Of a DNA stretch of 64,000 nucleotides, positions 1 through 9,315 are shown piece by piece (positions within the stretch are counted from its first letter, which is position 1; each line of letters opens with the position of its first letter). The stretch comes from an uncultured Armatimonadetes bacterium. Its GTDB lineage: Bacteria; Armatimonadota; UBA5829; DTJY01. Under the pieces are notes generated by a model that was not told the DNA's origin, ran no database searches, and saw nothing but the letters and a program-made list of their open reading frames with translations. The DNA is taken from positions 3,712,001 through 3,776,000 of the forward strand of contig OY970325.1 in NCBI GenBank assembly GCA_963717145.1. Direction: 5' to 3'. A program made the translations under genes and the position numbers.

Positions 1-1
1 G

Positions 2-757
2 ACAGACGACACTGAAGGGCGTGACTGGTACGTCAAAGACGTGCGCTTCGAGCGTGATCAGACCCGCGTTGTCGAGGACTCGTACGGCGGGATGGCGGGC
101 TCCGACAGCATGGGGGAGATCCGCTACGCGAGGTACGTGTTGACCACCGGCAAGCCCTGGCTAGGCAAAATCGGGAAGGCCGTCATCACGGTGGACACGT
201 CCGCTATCCGCGATTACCAGACGATTCGCGCCACTCCGAAGGGCTACTCGCGGAAGGGCAACACCATCACGTGGACCTTTACCGACTTCGAGCCGAAGGA
301 GGACATCGACATCCCATACTGGCCCGGCTTCTCACGTATGGTGATAGATGGCCGAGACTTGTCGACCGATTCCAACTTCTTCATAGGGGAGAGAGGTCCG
401 CTCGCATTCCGTGCAGTCGAAGGTAAGCGAACGTGGCCGGTCGCTTCGCGCATCGAGAAGGGAGTACTCGTGGCTCCTGCCGGCCTACTGTATGCTCTGC
501 TTGGTGTGCAGGCGAGTGTCGCGAAGGACGGTCGGACGGCCACGGTCAGCCATGGGAATCGGAGTATCCGAGTGACCGTCGGCAGCCGGACCGCGGTGAT
601 GGGCGGCGAGCAGATCAGGCTTCCGATGCCGGCCTACCTCTACCACCGGGAGCTGATGGTTCCGGTTGCTGCAGTGGGCAAAGCACTCGGCGCGAAGGTC
701 CGGTATGACTACTCGACAGGCAAGGTGCACATCAAGCGGCTGAAGCCACTCGACTGA
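2..757 (+). CDS. 5'-partial exported protein, DUF4424-like region plus C-terminal copper amine oxidase N-terminal (stalk) domain
   Basis: Frame is open from base 2 (TDDTEGRDWYVKDVRF...). YVLTTGKPWLGKIG resembles DUF4424; C-terminal ELMVPVAAVGKALGAKVRYD is typical of the stalk domain. Confidence 0.6.
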   Translation, partial: TDDTEGRDWYVKDVRFERDQTRVVEDSYGGMAGSDSMGEIRYARYVLTTGKPWLGKIGKAVITVDTSAIRDYQTIRATPKGYSRKGNTITWTFTDFEPKEDIDIPYWPGFSRMVIDGRDLSTDSNFFIGERGPLAFRAVEGKRTWPVASRIEKGVLVAPAGLLYALLGVQASVAKDGRTATVSHGNRSIRVTVGSRTAVMGGEQIRLPMPAYLYHRELMVPVAAVGKALGAKVRYDYSTGKVHIKRLKPLD

Positions 758-885
758 CCCCGCAGTCGTTCGCAGACTCGAATTGCCGACGAATTTGACT
801 TTTCGCGATCCTACGCAGTATACTACGCTTTGGCGTATCGCCCAAGAAGTATTTACACCCGCATTTGAGCAGGAGGTTTACGTCT

Positions 886-1539
886 ATGAGACTCGCACTC
901 CAGGCGGAGACGAGGAAAGATTTCCGCAAGAGCTACACCAAGAAGCTCCGAAACGACGGCAAGATACCGGCGACGGTCTATGGCAAAGGCCTTGAGTCGA
1001 AGTCGCTGCAACTCGAACTGGAGGCAATGGTCCAGCTTCTCAAGACGCCGGGCGGACGGCTTGCCCTTATCGACCTCAAGGTTGATGGCAAGACCGAGAA
1101 GGCTCACCCGGTGATGATCCAGACGATCCAGCGAGAGCCGATCGGCAAGAAGATCAGGCACGTGGATTTCCATCGGATCTCGATGGATGTAGCGGTCACG
1201 GCACTCGTTCCGGTCACGCTGGTCGGTACGGCTGCAGGTATTATCGAAGGCGGAGTCGTCGAACAGCCCACGAGCGATCTGCACGTCAAGGCGCTTCCGG
1301 ACAGGATCCCGACGCACATCGATGTGGACATCTCGCATCTCGGAGTCGGTGACTCCGTCCATGTGAAGGACATCCAACTCGGAGAGGGCATCGAGATCAT
1401 CGCCGCGGAAGATAACGTCGTAGTCCAGTGCCGCATGCCGCACGTTCGGGCCGAGGAAGCTGCACCTGAGGTCGAGGAAGTGGCAGAGGCTGCTGCTGTT
1501 GAGCCTGGCGCAGAAGAGAAGACCGAAAAGGCTGAGTGA
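886..1539 (+). CDS. rplY: 50S ribosomal protein L25 / general stress protein Ctc
   Basis: KLRNDGKIPATVYG, HVDFHRI and IPTHIDVDISHLGVGDSVHVKDI motifs; acidic tail; AGGAGG at 871-876 before ATG 886. Confidence 0.97.
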   Translation: MRLALQAETRKDFRKSYTKKLRNDGKIPATVYGKGLESKSLQLELEAMVQLLKTPGGRLALIDLKVDGKTEKAHPVMIQTIQREPIGKKIRHVDFHRISMDVAVTALVPVTLVGTAAGIIEGGVVEQPTSDLHVKALPDRIPTHIDVDISHLGVGDSVHVKDIQLGEGIEIIAAEDNVVVQCRMPHVRAEEAAPEVEEVAEAAAVEPGAEEKTEKAE

Positions 1540-1557
1540 TCTGATCCGGCGTTCAGT

Positions 1558-1588
1558 CCCGCCGCCCTCTTCGGAGAGGGCGGCGGGG
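1558..1588. terminator. GC-rich hairpin between convergent rplY and rex
   Basis: ccgccgccctct-tcgg-agagggcggcgg perfect stem with a UUCG-type loop. Confidence 0.75.
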
Positions 1589-1591
1589 CAA

Positions 1592-2536
1592 CTAACCTTC
1601 CCTGCTTCTCCCACCGCAGTAGTATGAGAGCGCCGACAACTCGGCAACCACATCCACATTTCGCACGATGATCCCGGAAGGCGCCACGAGTATCGCCGAC
1701 GTCAGGTTGAGGATCGCCTTCACTCCCGCCATCACCAGCGTATCTGCGACGACCTGAGCCTCCTCCGCCGGAACGTCGACCACCGCGCCCTGTGCCCCAA
1801 GTGACCTGACCTTCTCCGAAAGCGCACTGATCGGATACACCTTCATCCCGGCAACGATCTGACCGGCGGAGGCCTCATCAGTGCTGAAGACTGCGGTGAC
1901 GAAGCAGTTCTGCTGTGCGAACCGCTCGATCAGCGAGGGGTCCTCCGCCAGCCTCTGCGGGCCGACCCAGACGATCGTCTTGGAGTTGTCCAGGTGGAGA
2001 ATCTGCTCCAGGTGGTCTCGAAGGAATACCGTATCATAGCCGATCGAGGGCCTTCCGAACGCGCCGAAATGGCTGAGATCACGCCTGATCAGGCCGGGCT
2101 TCACTCCCACCTTGCGCCCTATGTCCTGAGATGACACTCGGTTGATCTCCTGATCGAGGAAACCGTTCAGCGCCACAAGGTACCACCGCAGACGGGTGAC
2201 CGTCCGGTCGGATACCTTCCTCTCACCGGGCGCGGACGGCTCGACAGTTTGTCTGGACCCGTAGAAGTCCGCGAGCTTCCTGCTGAAGTTCCGCGGCTTT
2301 TCGAACTGCTCGCGGACGGGGCATGCCATTTCGAGATTGTGTGGGAAAGGACAGACGGTTGACGTACATGAAGTGCAGGATGCGAAGCCTTTGGTCTGAG
2401 TACACATGAAGATAGCACACGGCTCCCGGCCGTCAGACTTGACGATGAGGTTTCCCGCCTCGCATCCGGGACAGCGTCCCTTGACAAGATGGTTACAAGT
2501 ATTGCAATCGAAGATCCCACAATGAGCAAATTCCAC
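1592..2536 (-). CDS. rex: Rex-family transcriptional repressor with N-terminal Cys-rich (DUF3795-like) domain
   Basis: Rex wHTH motifs (RLRWYL, VSSQDIG, IRRDLSHFGAFGRPSIGY) and C-terminal AGVKAILNL; N-terminal CGIFDCNTC...CPGC...C...C...CTSC. Confidence 0.85.
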   Translation of the reverse strand: MEFAHCGIFDCNTCNHLVKGRCPGCEAGNLIVKSDGREPCAIFMCTQTKGFASCTSCTSTVCPFPHNLEMACPVREQFEKPRNFSRKLADFYGSRQTVEPSAPGERKVSDRTVTRLRWYLVALNGFLDQEINRVSSQDIGRKVGVKPGLIRRDLSHFGAFGRPSIGYDTVFLRDHLEQILHLDNSKTIVWVGPQRLAEDPSLIERFAQQNCFVTAVFSTDEASAGQIVAGMKVYPISALSEKVRSLGAQGAVVDVPAEEAQVVADTLVMAGVKAILNLTSAILVAPSGIIVRNVDVVAELSALSYYCGGRSREG

Positions 2537-2564
2537 GGCGCTATCCCCTCTTTCTCATGCCTCT

Positions 2565-2615
2565 TTGTGAAATATTGCACAATTAGGCTTCCGCGTTTGT
2601 GCAATATTGCACAAA
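2565..2615. promoter_or_regulatory. Two Rex-type operators upstream of rex
   Basis: TTGTGAAATATTGCACAA (2565-2582) and perfect palindrome TTGTGCAATATTGCACAA (2597-2614) match the Rex consensus TTGTGAA-N4-TTCACAA. Confidence 0.8.
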
Positions 2616-2730
2616 CTCACCACCATTATATGCCGTCGCCGGAAAAGTGTCAAGCGGTTTTGTGCGAAAAGTAACCACTTGTGAAAAAAACAAGTACCTG
2701 GTAATAATACCAGTTTTTGCCCCGGAGGTA

Positions 2731-2759
2731 TTGACGGTTGACGAATTCGGTTGTAGACT
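2731..2759 (+). promoter_or_regulatory. sigma70-type promoter of the PEP-CTERM gene
   Basis: TTGACG-N17-TAGACT. Confidence 0.6.
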
Positions 2760-2900
2760 AGTAGCGTGCAACCCGAACCGACCCAATGCTGCTCCATGCG
2801 TGGGCAGGTCGCTGGGCGGAATCGGGTGGTAGAAGAGGGTCACCTCGATGTGATCCCACGGTACTTGTTGTTCCGCCGCATAGGCGGAAAGGAGAAAAAG

Positions 2901-3555
2901 ATGAGAATACGAGCAACAATTGTTGCAACAGTCATCCTGCTGCTGGCGCTGTCGCTTAGTGCACATGCCGTCATCAACGTGGGTGACTCGTGGTCCTACT
3001 GCCTGAGAGCGCCCGGCCAGTCCGGTGTCACAGCTGCGGTTATGAACCCCGAGTTCACATTCGTTCGGCGCCGTCGGCAACAGCTCTGCTGCATTGGCTA
3101 CAAGCCTGGGAGTGCCGGCGCTCGAGTACGGCCTCTACATCAGCAGCAACGTTCCCGTTGTTGGCGTGAGAACAGGCACGTGGACGGTGGGCCTGCCGGC
3201 CGCCGGCACGTATCAGGTATTCGTGGCCTGGGGTGCGACCACCAGCGGCAAGACGAATGCCAAGCATGTGGTCACCTACGACGGAGGGACGTCTACTTCG
3301 CTCCTCGACCAGCTTGCTGCCGCGAACAAGAACGTCTGGAACTCGCTCGGCACGTTCCACTTCCTGACTGGCGCCGGCAATGAAGCCAAGGTAAAGCTCA
3401 CGAACGACAATCAGAGCACCAGTGGCTCCCTGTACCTGGGCGCAGTCAAGTTCCAGGTCGTGACGCTCGATCCCGTTCCTGAGCCGAGCAGCCTGCTCGC
3501 ACTCGGAACCGGCCTCGTTGGAATGCTCGGCCTGATCAGAAGGCGCAGAGCCTAA
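2901..3555 (+). CDS. PEP-CTERM sorting domain protein (one frameshift near 3063)
   Basis: Signal peptide MRIRATIVATVILLLALSLSAHA in one frame; C-terminal VPEPSSLLALGTGLVGMLGLIRRRRA in another. Removing one base at ttcgttcggc joins them. Confidence 0.85.
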
Positions 3556-3582
3556 GAAGATCCCGCACGAAATAGTACGACG

Positions 3583-3619
3583 AAAACCGCCGGGCCCCAA
3601 ACCCGGCGGTTTTCTTTTT
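3583..3619 (+). terminator. Rho-independent terminator
   Basis: aaaaccgccggg-ccccaaa-cccggcggttttcttttt. Confidence 0.85.
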
Positions 3620-3650
3620 GCGGGAGTGTTCTCCGGTTAGCGACCTACCG

Positions 3651-4130
3651 TCAAGCATTACGCTCCAGCATGTCGGTGTAGATTCCCGGCTTGCTGTCCG
3701 GGATGATCGTCGCGCCGGAGCACTTCTCGTAGAATCCGGTCGGCCCTGCGCCGCCGATGATCGCGTAGGCGTACCCCATCTCATACATCGCCCTCAGGCA
3801 GGCGAGATAGAGCGCCTTGCCGATCCCCTTCCCCCGGTACGACTCCAGGACGCCCGTCGGGCCGAAGAAGTCGCGTCGGGTGCACTCGTAGCATGCGAAC
3901 CCGATGATCTTTTTCTCGTGCGTGGCGATGAAGCAGCTTCGAGGGTGCTGGTAGCAGCCGATCATCGCCTCATCCGCCCATAGCTCAGAGAAGTTGTCGA
4001 GCACGAACCGCCGAAGTGCCGATCCCTCGTACGACGCGACTCTCCGGATCGTGATCCCTTCGGCCTTCAGCCTCTCCACGTCATCGCTGTCGTCGGGGAT
4101 GGTGTACAGCTTCACAAGCATATCGGGCAT
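3651..4130 (-). CDS. GNAT family N-acetyltransferase
   Basis: Acetyl-CoA motif GPTGVLESYRGKGIGKALY and FYEK. Confidence 0.9.
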   Translation of the reverse strand: MPDMLVKLYTIPDDSDDVERLKAEGITIRRVASYEGSALRRFVLDNFSELWADEAMIGCYQHPRSCFIATHEKKIIGFACYECTRRDFFGPTGVLESYRGKGIGKALYLACLRAMYEMGYAYAIIGGAGPTGFYEKCSGATIIPDSKPGIYTDMLERNA

Positions 4131-4135
4131 GTCTG

Positions 4136-4172
4136 ACTCCTACTCCTACTCATACTCATACTCGTACTCATA
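4136..4172. repeat. Hexamer tandem repeat (TACTCN)n
   Basis: tactcc tactca tactca tactcg tactca; a related run lies at about 51413-51434. Confidence 0.8.
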
Positions 4173-4258
4173 TCCGGGCGAAGCATTGGCGTTGGCCACG
4201 AAAGCCCGGTGAAGTCAGAAGGGCCAATGCTGTCGCCCCTACTGCCTGCGGGCGTGTC

Positions 4259-4323
4259 GTAGTGGCCGTGCCTCCGTGCCGGCCGTGTCGCGTTGCAGGC
4301 CGGCACGGAGGCACGGCCACTAC
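4259..4323. repeat. REP-like family A doublet (GTAG-initiated)
   Basis: GTAGTGGCCGTGCCTCCGTGCCGGCC and its inverted copy; further copies at 18712-18776, 50167-50390, 51435-51453, 52606-52867 and 62404-62489. Confidence 0.85.
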
Positions 4324-4334
4324 ATGGTCAGGCG

Positions 4335-6320
4335 TCAAGATCCGGCATACCACTGAGCGATCCGCTTCTCGCGCTCATCGCCGGTCGAATAGCGCTTCAT
4401 CAGGCCATCGAATCCCTTGTACATGTTGAGCGCGGCATCCTCGTACATCTTCAGGATCGCCGCCCGCTTCTCCGGCGTGAACTGCGGCGTATCCATCGAG
4501 GCCCGAGTCCGATACGCCTCGAACGCCCGGAGCGCTTCCGCCAGGTACGCCTTCTCGTACTCAGCGCCGGAAGTCTCGTCAAGCTTCCTCAGCATTGCCG
4601 TCAGCGCCTCGAACGGCTTACGGAGGCTCACGGGAAGCTCCGCAGGTTTGGTCTCTCCCCGCGTCTCCGCGTCCCCGAGTCTCTGCGTCTCTCCCACTCC
4701 CCCACTCGTCTTGCCGCCTTCCGTCACTATCTCGACCCGCGCGTTCTTCGGCAGGATGGAGTGTGGCAGAGTAATGTGGTCCGGCGAATCGACCTTCAGC
4801 GCGGTCCCGTTCACCTTGACCGACTGTATCTTCGGCCCGCCGTTCTTCACCGAGATCATGATCCCCTTCTCACCGAACCGGATCGGCTCCTTCTGGGAGT
4901 ACTCAGCGATCGTCGGCGGGATGTGCGGGTAGAGCGTGAGGCTGTCGGCCTTGTAGACGTACTCGAAGAGCCCTCGAACCGTCGCCGCCGGGATTCCGAG
5001 CGTATCGTAGCAGAGGTTCGTCAGCCGGTCCTTGAACCAGACGTCGTTCCCGAAGTCGGTCAGCGGCGCATCCATCTGGTAGTCGGCCGTGAACTTCGCG
5101 AGCTGACGGTTCGACTTGCGGATGTCGTCATACCTGCCGAGCCGGTAGTACCCCATGATCGCGCGGGCCTCCATCGTGGCCCAGAAGCCGCCGTTCACCC
5201 ACCGGCCATACTCGAAGAGGCCGTCCGGATCGCGGCTGCCCCACTTGACGTAGGTGTCGTCGAGTGACGGATAGTTCGTGATCAGGAAATCGTGCGGCCG
5301 AAGGCCTGGGATCGAGGCGATCTTCTTGAAGATGGTCTCCGACCGAGCGTCGTCGACGGCCCGGAAGCAGATCGCATCGACGTTCGGCGCGGCCTCGAAA
5401 TAGCCGTACTTCGAGTGACCGTAGACGCCGTGCTTCGTGCCGTCGGTCTCCATCGACTTGATGAAGTACCCGCCGGGCGCCATCAGGAGGGGCAGGGAAT
5501 CCCTCGTCATCTTCCGACGAGACTCATAGAGCGCGACCTTCTCCTTGTCGCCGACGAGCCGGAACAACTCGACCATGCGATCGCACGCCGCGAGGTAGTT
5601 GACCGAGAGTCCCGCGAGGTACCCATTCCGAACGTGCCGTCCGGCTGCTTGATCCCGCCGTAACTCGGAGCAAGGAGGTTCGCCGCCGGGCCTGCGAGGA
5701 AAAGGCCGTTCTTCGGATCGCGCCGCGTCTCGATGAAGTTGCACGCCCGCTCCAGGTTTGAGAGGTACTTACGGGCGGCCTCCTTGTCGTGGCCGATCAG
5801 AAGAAGCTCCGCCTGCATGACTACTCCGGCCGCCGTGAACTCGAACGCCCAGTCGTGCATGTGCCAGTTGTAGTCGCCCTGGCGGTAGATGGCGGCGTTC
5901 GGAACAGCGGCATCACACAGGCATCCATCCGGCCCGATAAGCTCGGCGAACTGCTCGTAGCCGCCCTTCTTCCCGTCGCCCTGGTTGTTGAACCACATGT
6001 CCTGGGAATGCTGAAGGAAGCTCGAGCCACGGCTCCTGGAGGAACGGGAGCGAGCAGTACGTCGGCCCATAGGAGTTCTGGATCCACCACGCCATCCAGC
6101 TCGGGAAGCCCTCGATCAGGCAGTCCCATTCAGGGTAGTAGAGCATCGAGATGTTCGGCGTGTTCGGGTTCGGATGGAAGTAGCCGAACGACTCGTCGAT
6201 CAGCCGCAGGAACTCCGTGTCGCCCTTCCCGCTGCAGTATTCTCCCTTGAACTCTCCGCCGGAAGCGGTGCATGCGAGTGTGCCAATCATTGCCAACAGA
6301 ATCACCATCCTATGGAACAT
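4335..6320 (-). CDS. Secreted six-hairpin glycosidase-like protein (frameshifts near 6027 and 5623)
   Basis: Signal peptide MFHRMVILLAMIGTLACTASG, then three overlapping ORF pieces that join with single-base corrections (...EPWL/SFLQHSQD..., ...TFGM/GYLAGLSVNY...); VNGGFW motif. Confidence 0.55.
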
Positions 6321-6390
6321 GAGGTCATCTCCAGATCCGTCATTGGCTTCATGTTCGATGATCTGAGGGGTATTCCTTCGTGGAGGCGGC

Positions 6391-7406
6391 TTATGCAGCG
6401 AGCTTGAACGGCTCCACGGGGAGCAGACGATGAACGACGCTGTTTCCCAGAGATGACAGCAGCCACTCGATGAGCGGGCCCTCCCTGCCGAGTTGGCTCT
6501 CCAACTCCTCATCCGGGTTCGAGGTGAACGACGCCGTGCAGATGAAGAAGAGCGCCGCCCGTGCGATCGCAGTCGGAAGCGCTTCGTGCTCGATCTCATC
6601 GAGCGGTCCGTAACCCTCCAGGAACTCCTCGAGAGCGATCTCGAGGAGTTCCCCGGCAGCAGCGACCAGAGCGCGTATCCCAAATCGTGAAGCCGCTCGG
6701 CGCGCTGGATGAAGTCGAAATCAAGGATGCAGGTCACCCGGCCGTCGGTGAAGATCTGATTCCCCGGATGCCAGTCGCCGTGGATGATCGTCATCGGCAG
6801 GTCGCGGCTCACCGTGCGCCACCGGGTCATCACCAACTCATGCAGGCGTCGGGCCTCCTGGACCTGCTGCGACGGGAGGCGCATCCCGGCCAGGCGACTC
6901 AGGCCCTCATCCATGATCTCCTCCGAGGGGTAGTTCGACCAGCCCGGCCTGGGGCCGTCCTCGACGTCCACGAGTGCGTCGTGCATGCGTCGGAGCATCT
7001 CGCCGCTCGCACGGGCCTGTCGGACGCGGCTCATGAACGGACGGCCCGCGATGAACGGCGTCAACATGATGAGCCGGTCGTTCCAGCCGACGAAGGGGCA
7101 TCCGTCCGGGGTCTTCAGCGGATCGAGCGCCGGGATGCCCTCATCGCGGAGGAAACCGATCACTTGGAGAGTGAACTCGATGTGTTCCTCGATGGCAAAC
7201 CCCGAGAGGACTCTGACGACGTACATGCCGCCGGTCGTCTGCACCTTCAGATTGACGTTCAGGCAGCCGCCGAGCCCGCCGTGGACCGCCACCAGTTCGC
7301 CGATATCATACCGCTTGAGGATGCGTCGAACGTCCTCGACGGGCGGTACCTGCTTGTGGAATGGGCTCGATTCGGCGAAACTGTCCAGGATCTCCATGCA
7401 ATCCAT
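6391..7406 (-). CDS. APH-fold phosphotransferase / type II homoserine kinase-like (frameshift near 6630)
   Basis: IIHGDWHPGN and ILDFD catalytic motifs; corrected frame continues FLEGYGPLDEIEHEAL to TAA at 6391. Confidence 0.75.
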
Positions 7407-7527
7407 TGCGCGGCCTCGTGCATCCGGTGTGTGATGCACTTCTATACCCATGCGGATGAGCCGCAAATCAGAGCGCAGCGGGAGGGCGAAGCTCCGTCTG
7501 AGCCGGCTCTGTCGGGGGATGAATACC

Positions 7528-7639
7528 CCGTCAGTCCTGAGTTCGCCGGTGAATGACGGCGAGTAACGAAGGACGGCCTTGCTGCAGGAGCCGTCCTTCG
7601 TTACTCGCCGTCATTCACCGGCGAACTCAGGACTGACGG
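7528..7639. repeat. Long perfect palindrome, family B
   Basis: CCGTCAGTCCTGAGT..GCCGGTGAATGACGGC..GTAACGAAGGACGG and its exact complement; copies at 20823-20937, 50211-50342 and 52642-52772. Confidence 0.9.
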
Positions 7640-7655
7640 TTGGTGGAGTCACAGG

Positions 7656-8975
7656 TTAGAACTGCGGCAGCCACGGAGCGAGCGCCTCGAACATCTCGTC
7701 GCACATCGCCCAGACCTTCTCGGGCGTCAGGATCGCCGACGTGAGCGGATCGTGCAGGACCGCGAGCTTCGCGAGGTTCCGGTCGCCCGTGAGCGCCGCA
7801 TCGACCGCCATCCGCTGGACGTTCACGCTCGCCGAACAGGTCGCCGCGCACTGAGTGGGCAGCTCGCCGACATACATCGGCTGGATGCCGTTCCCATCCA
7901 CGATGCACGGCAGCTCGACGGTGCACCCGTCGGGCAGGTTCGTGATCAGTCCGGTGTTCGCCACGTTGAAGCAGCCCCAGTAACGCCGGCCGGTCTCGAG
8001 CGCCTCGATGATGTACGACCCGTGCTCGTTCGAGCGGTCGCCAAGCGGAATCTGGTCGAGTTCGCCGTTGATCCACTTGGGGTAGTTCTCCTTGTACGAA
8101 TTCTGGCTCTCCCGGCAGACGCGCAGGTATCCGCCCGTCTCACCGCCGGCCCACGACTCGGGGTTGTACCAGCGCTCCTTCTCGGACTGCGCGCCCTTGC
8201 GATACCAGGGCAGGTACTCGCTCAGGTGGCCGTTCGACTCGGTCGAGTAGTAGCCGAACCGCTCCAGCACGTCGATCCTCAGCGGCTCGCCTTTCACGAG
8301 TTCCTCGTGCGACTTGAACGCCTCGAGGATCTTGCCGGTGAGATCGACGCCTTTGTGCGAGACCTTGATGAACCACGTCTGATGGTTGATCCCCGCGCAG
8401 ACGTACTGCATCTCCTCCTGAGGAATGCCGAGCGCATGTGCGATCTGCCACGCGCCGCCCTGGACTCCGTGGCAGAGGCCGATGATCCTTACGCCGCCGG
8501 CCTTCCGTACCGCCCAGGTGTTCATCGCCATCGGGTTCGAGTAGTTGAGCCAGAGGGCGTTCGGGCAGACCTCGCGCATGTCGGCGGCGATATCGAGCAG
8601 GACGGGGATCGTCCGCAGCGCGTAGAAGATCCCGCCCGGGCCGAGCGTGTCGCCGACGCACTGATCGACGCCGTACTTCAGCGGGATCTCGATGTCGTGG
8701 GCGAAGGCCTCCAGTCCGCCGACCCGCACCATGCTGACCACGTAGTCGGCGTCCCTGAGGGCCTGCTTGCGGTCGAGGGTGGCGACGATCCTGGCGGGCA
8801 GGTCGTTGTCCTTCACCATCTTGGCGCAGAGGTTCCGGGCCATCTCCAGGTTCTCCTCCGAGATGTCCATCAGCCGGAACTCGGTGTCCCGCAGCTCCGG
8901 CACGGCGAGAATATCCATGAGCAACCTGCGCGTGAAGCCGACGCTCCCCGCACCGATGAATGCGACCTTGATCAC
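7656..8975 (-). CDS. melA: Alpha-galactosidase, glycoside hydrolase family 4
   Basis: IGAGSVGF, DQCVGDTLGPGG, NYSNPM, GLCH, AGINH and TESNGHLSEY motifs; AAGGAGG before GTG 8975. Confidence 0.9.
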   Translation of the reverse strand: MIKVAFIGAGSVGFTRRLLMDILAVPELRDTEFRLMDISEENLEMARNLCAKMVKDNDLPARIVATLDRKQALRDADYVVSMVRVGGLEAFAHDIEIPLKYGVDQCVGDTLGPGGIFYALRTIPVLLDIAADMREVCPNALWLNYSNPMAMNTWAVRKAGGVRIIGLCHGVQGGAWQIAHALGIPQEEMQYVCAGINHQTWFIKVSHKGVDLTGKILEAFKSHEELVKGEPLRIDVLERFGYYSTESNGHLSEYLPWYRKGAQSEKERWYNPESWAGGETGGYLRVCRESQNSYKENYPKWINGELDQIPLGDRSNEHGSYIIEALETGRRYWGCFNVANTGLITNLPDGCTVELPCIVDGNGIQPMYVGELPTQCAATCSASVNVQRMAVDAALTGDRNLAKLAVLHDPLTSAILTPEKVWAMCDEMFEALAPWLPQF

Positions 8976-9064
8976 TGTGACCTCCTTGGATGAGACTGCA
9001 GACGGTAGACTTTGGACTGCAGACCCCGGAGTGGGAACCGCCAAGGCGCCAAGAATGCCAAGCA

Positions 9065-9167
9065 AACCTCCCCCGGCCTGCTGGCCGGCCCCTCCTTCGT
9101 AAGGAGGGGCGCGGAAGGAAGATGTCCTTCCTTCCGAAGGGGGACGGGCCTCTGGGCCGATGGGGTT
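9065..9167. repeat. Intergenic palindromic repeat family E
   Basis: AACCTCCCCCGGCCTGCTGGCCGGCCCCTCCTTCGTAAGGAGGGGCGC is repeated at 48764-48887; a partial unit lies near 44949-44978. Confidence 0.8.
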
Positions 9168-9315
9168 CTGTCGCGCCGACTGCAGTCGTGTCCTCACTCC
9201 ACTTTCGACCTCCGTGGCCCTCTCCCCTCCCCCCAATTGCCCTATCCCCGCTCCCGTGCTATACTGCCCCAGACACGCGCGATGCGCGTATCCCAGACAA
9301 AGGAGGTCGGCTGTT

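Noticed and set aside
5913-7466. 517-aa kinase-glycosidase fusion ORF
   Set aside because: Artefact of a frameshift near 6630; the kinase ends at TAA 6391 and the next gene has its own signal peptide from 6320.
7752-8993. Long antisense ORFs (also 9921-11339, 38793-40184, 41251-42633, 46610-47788 and others)
   Set aside because: Shadow ORFs opposite well-supported genes, expected in high-GC DNA, with no recognisable motifs.
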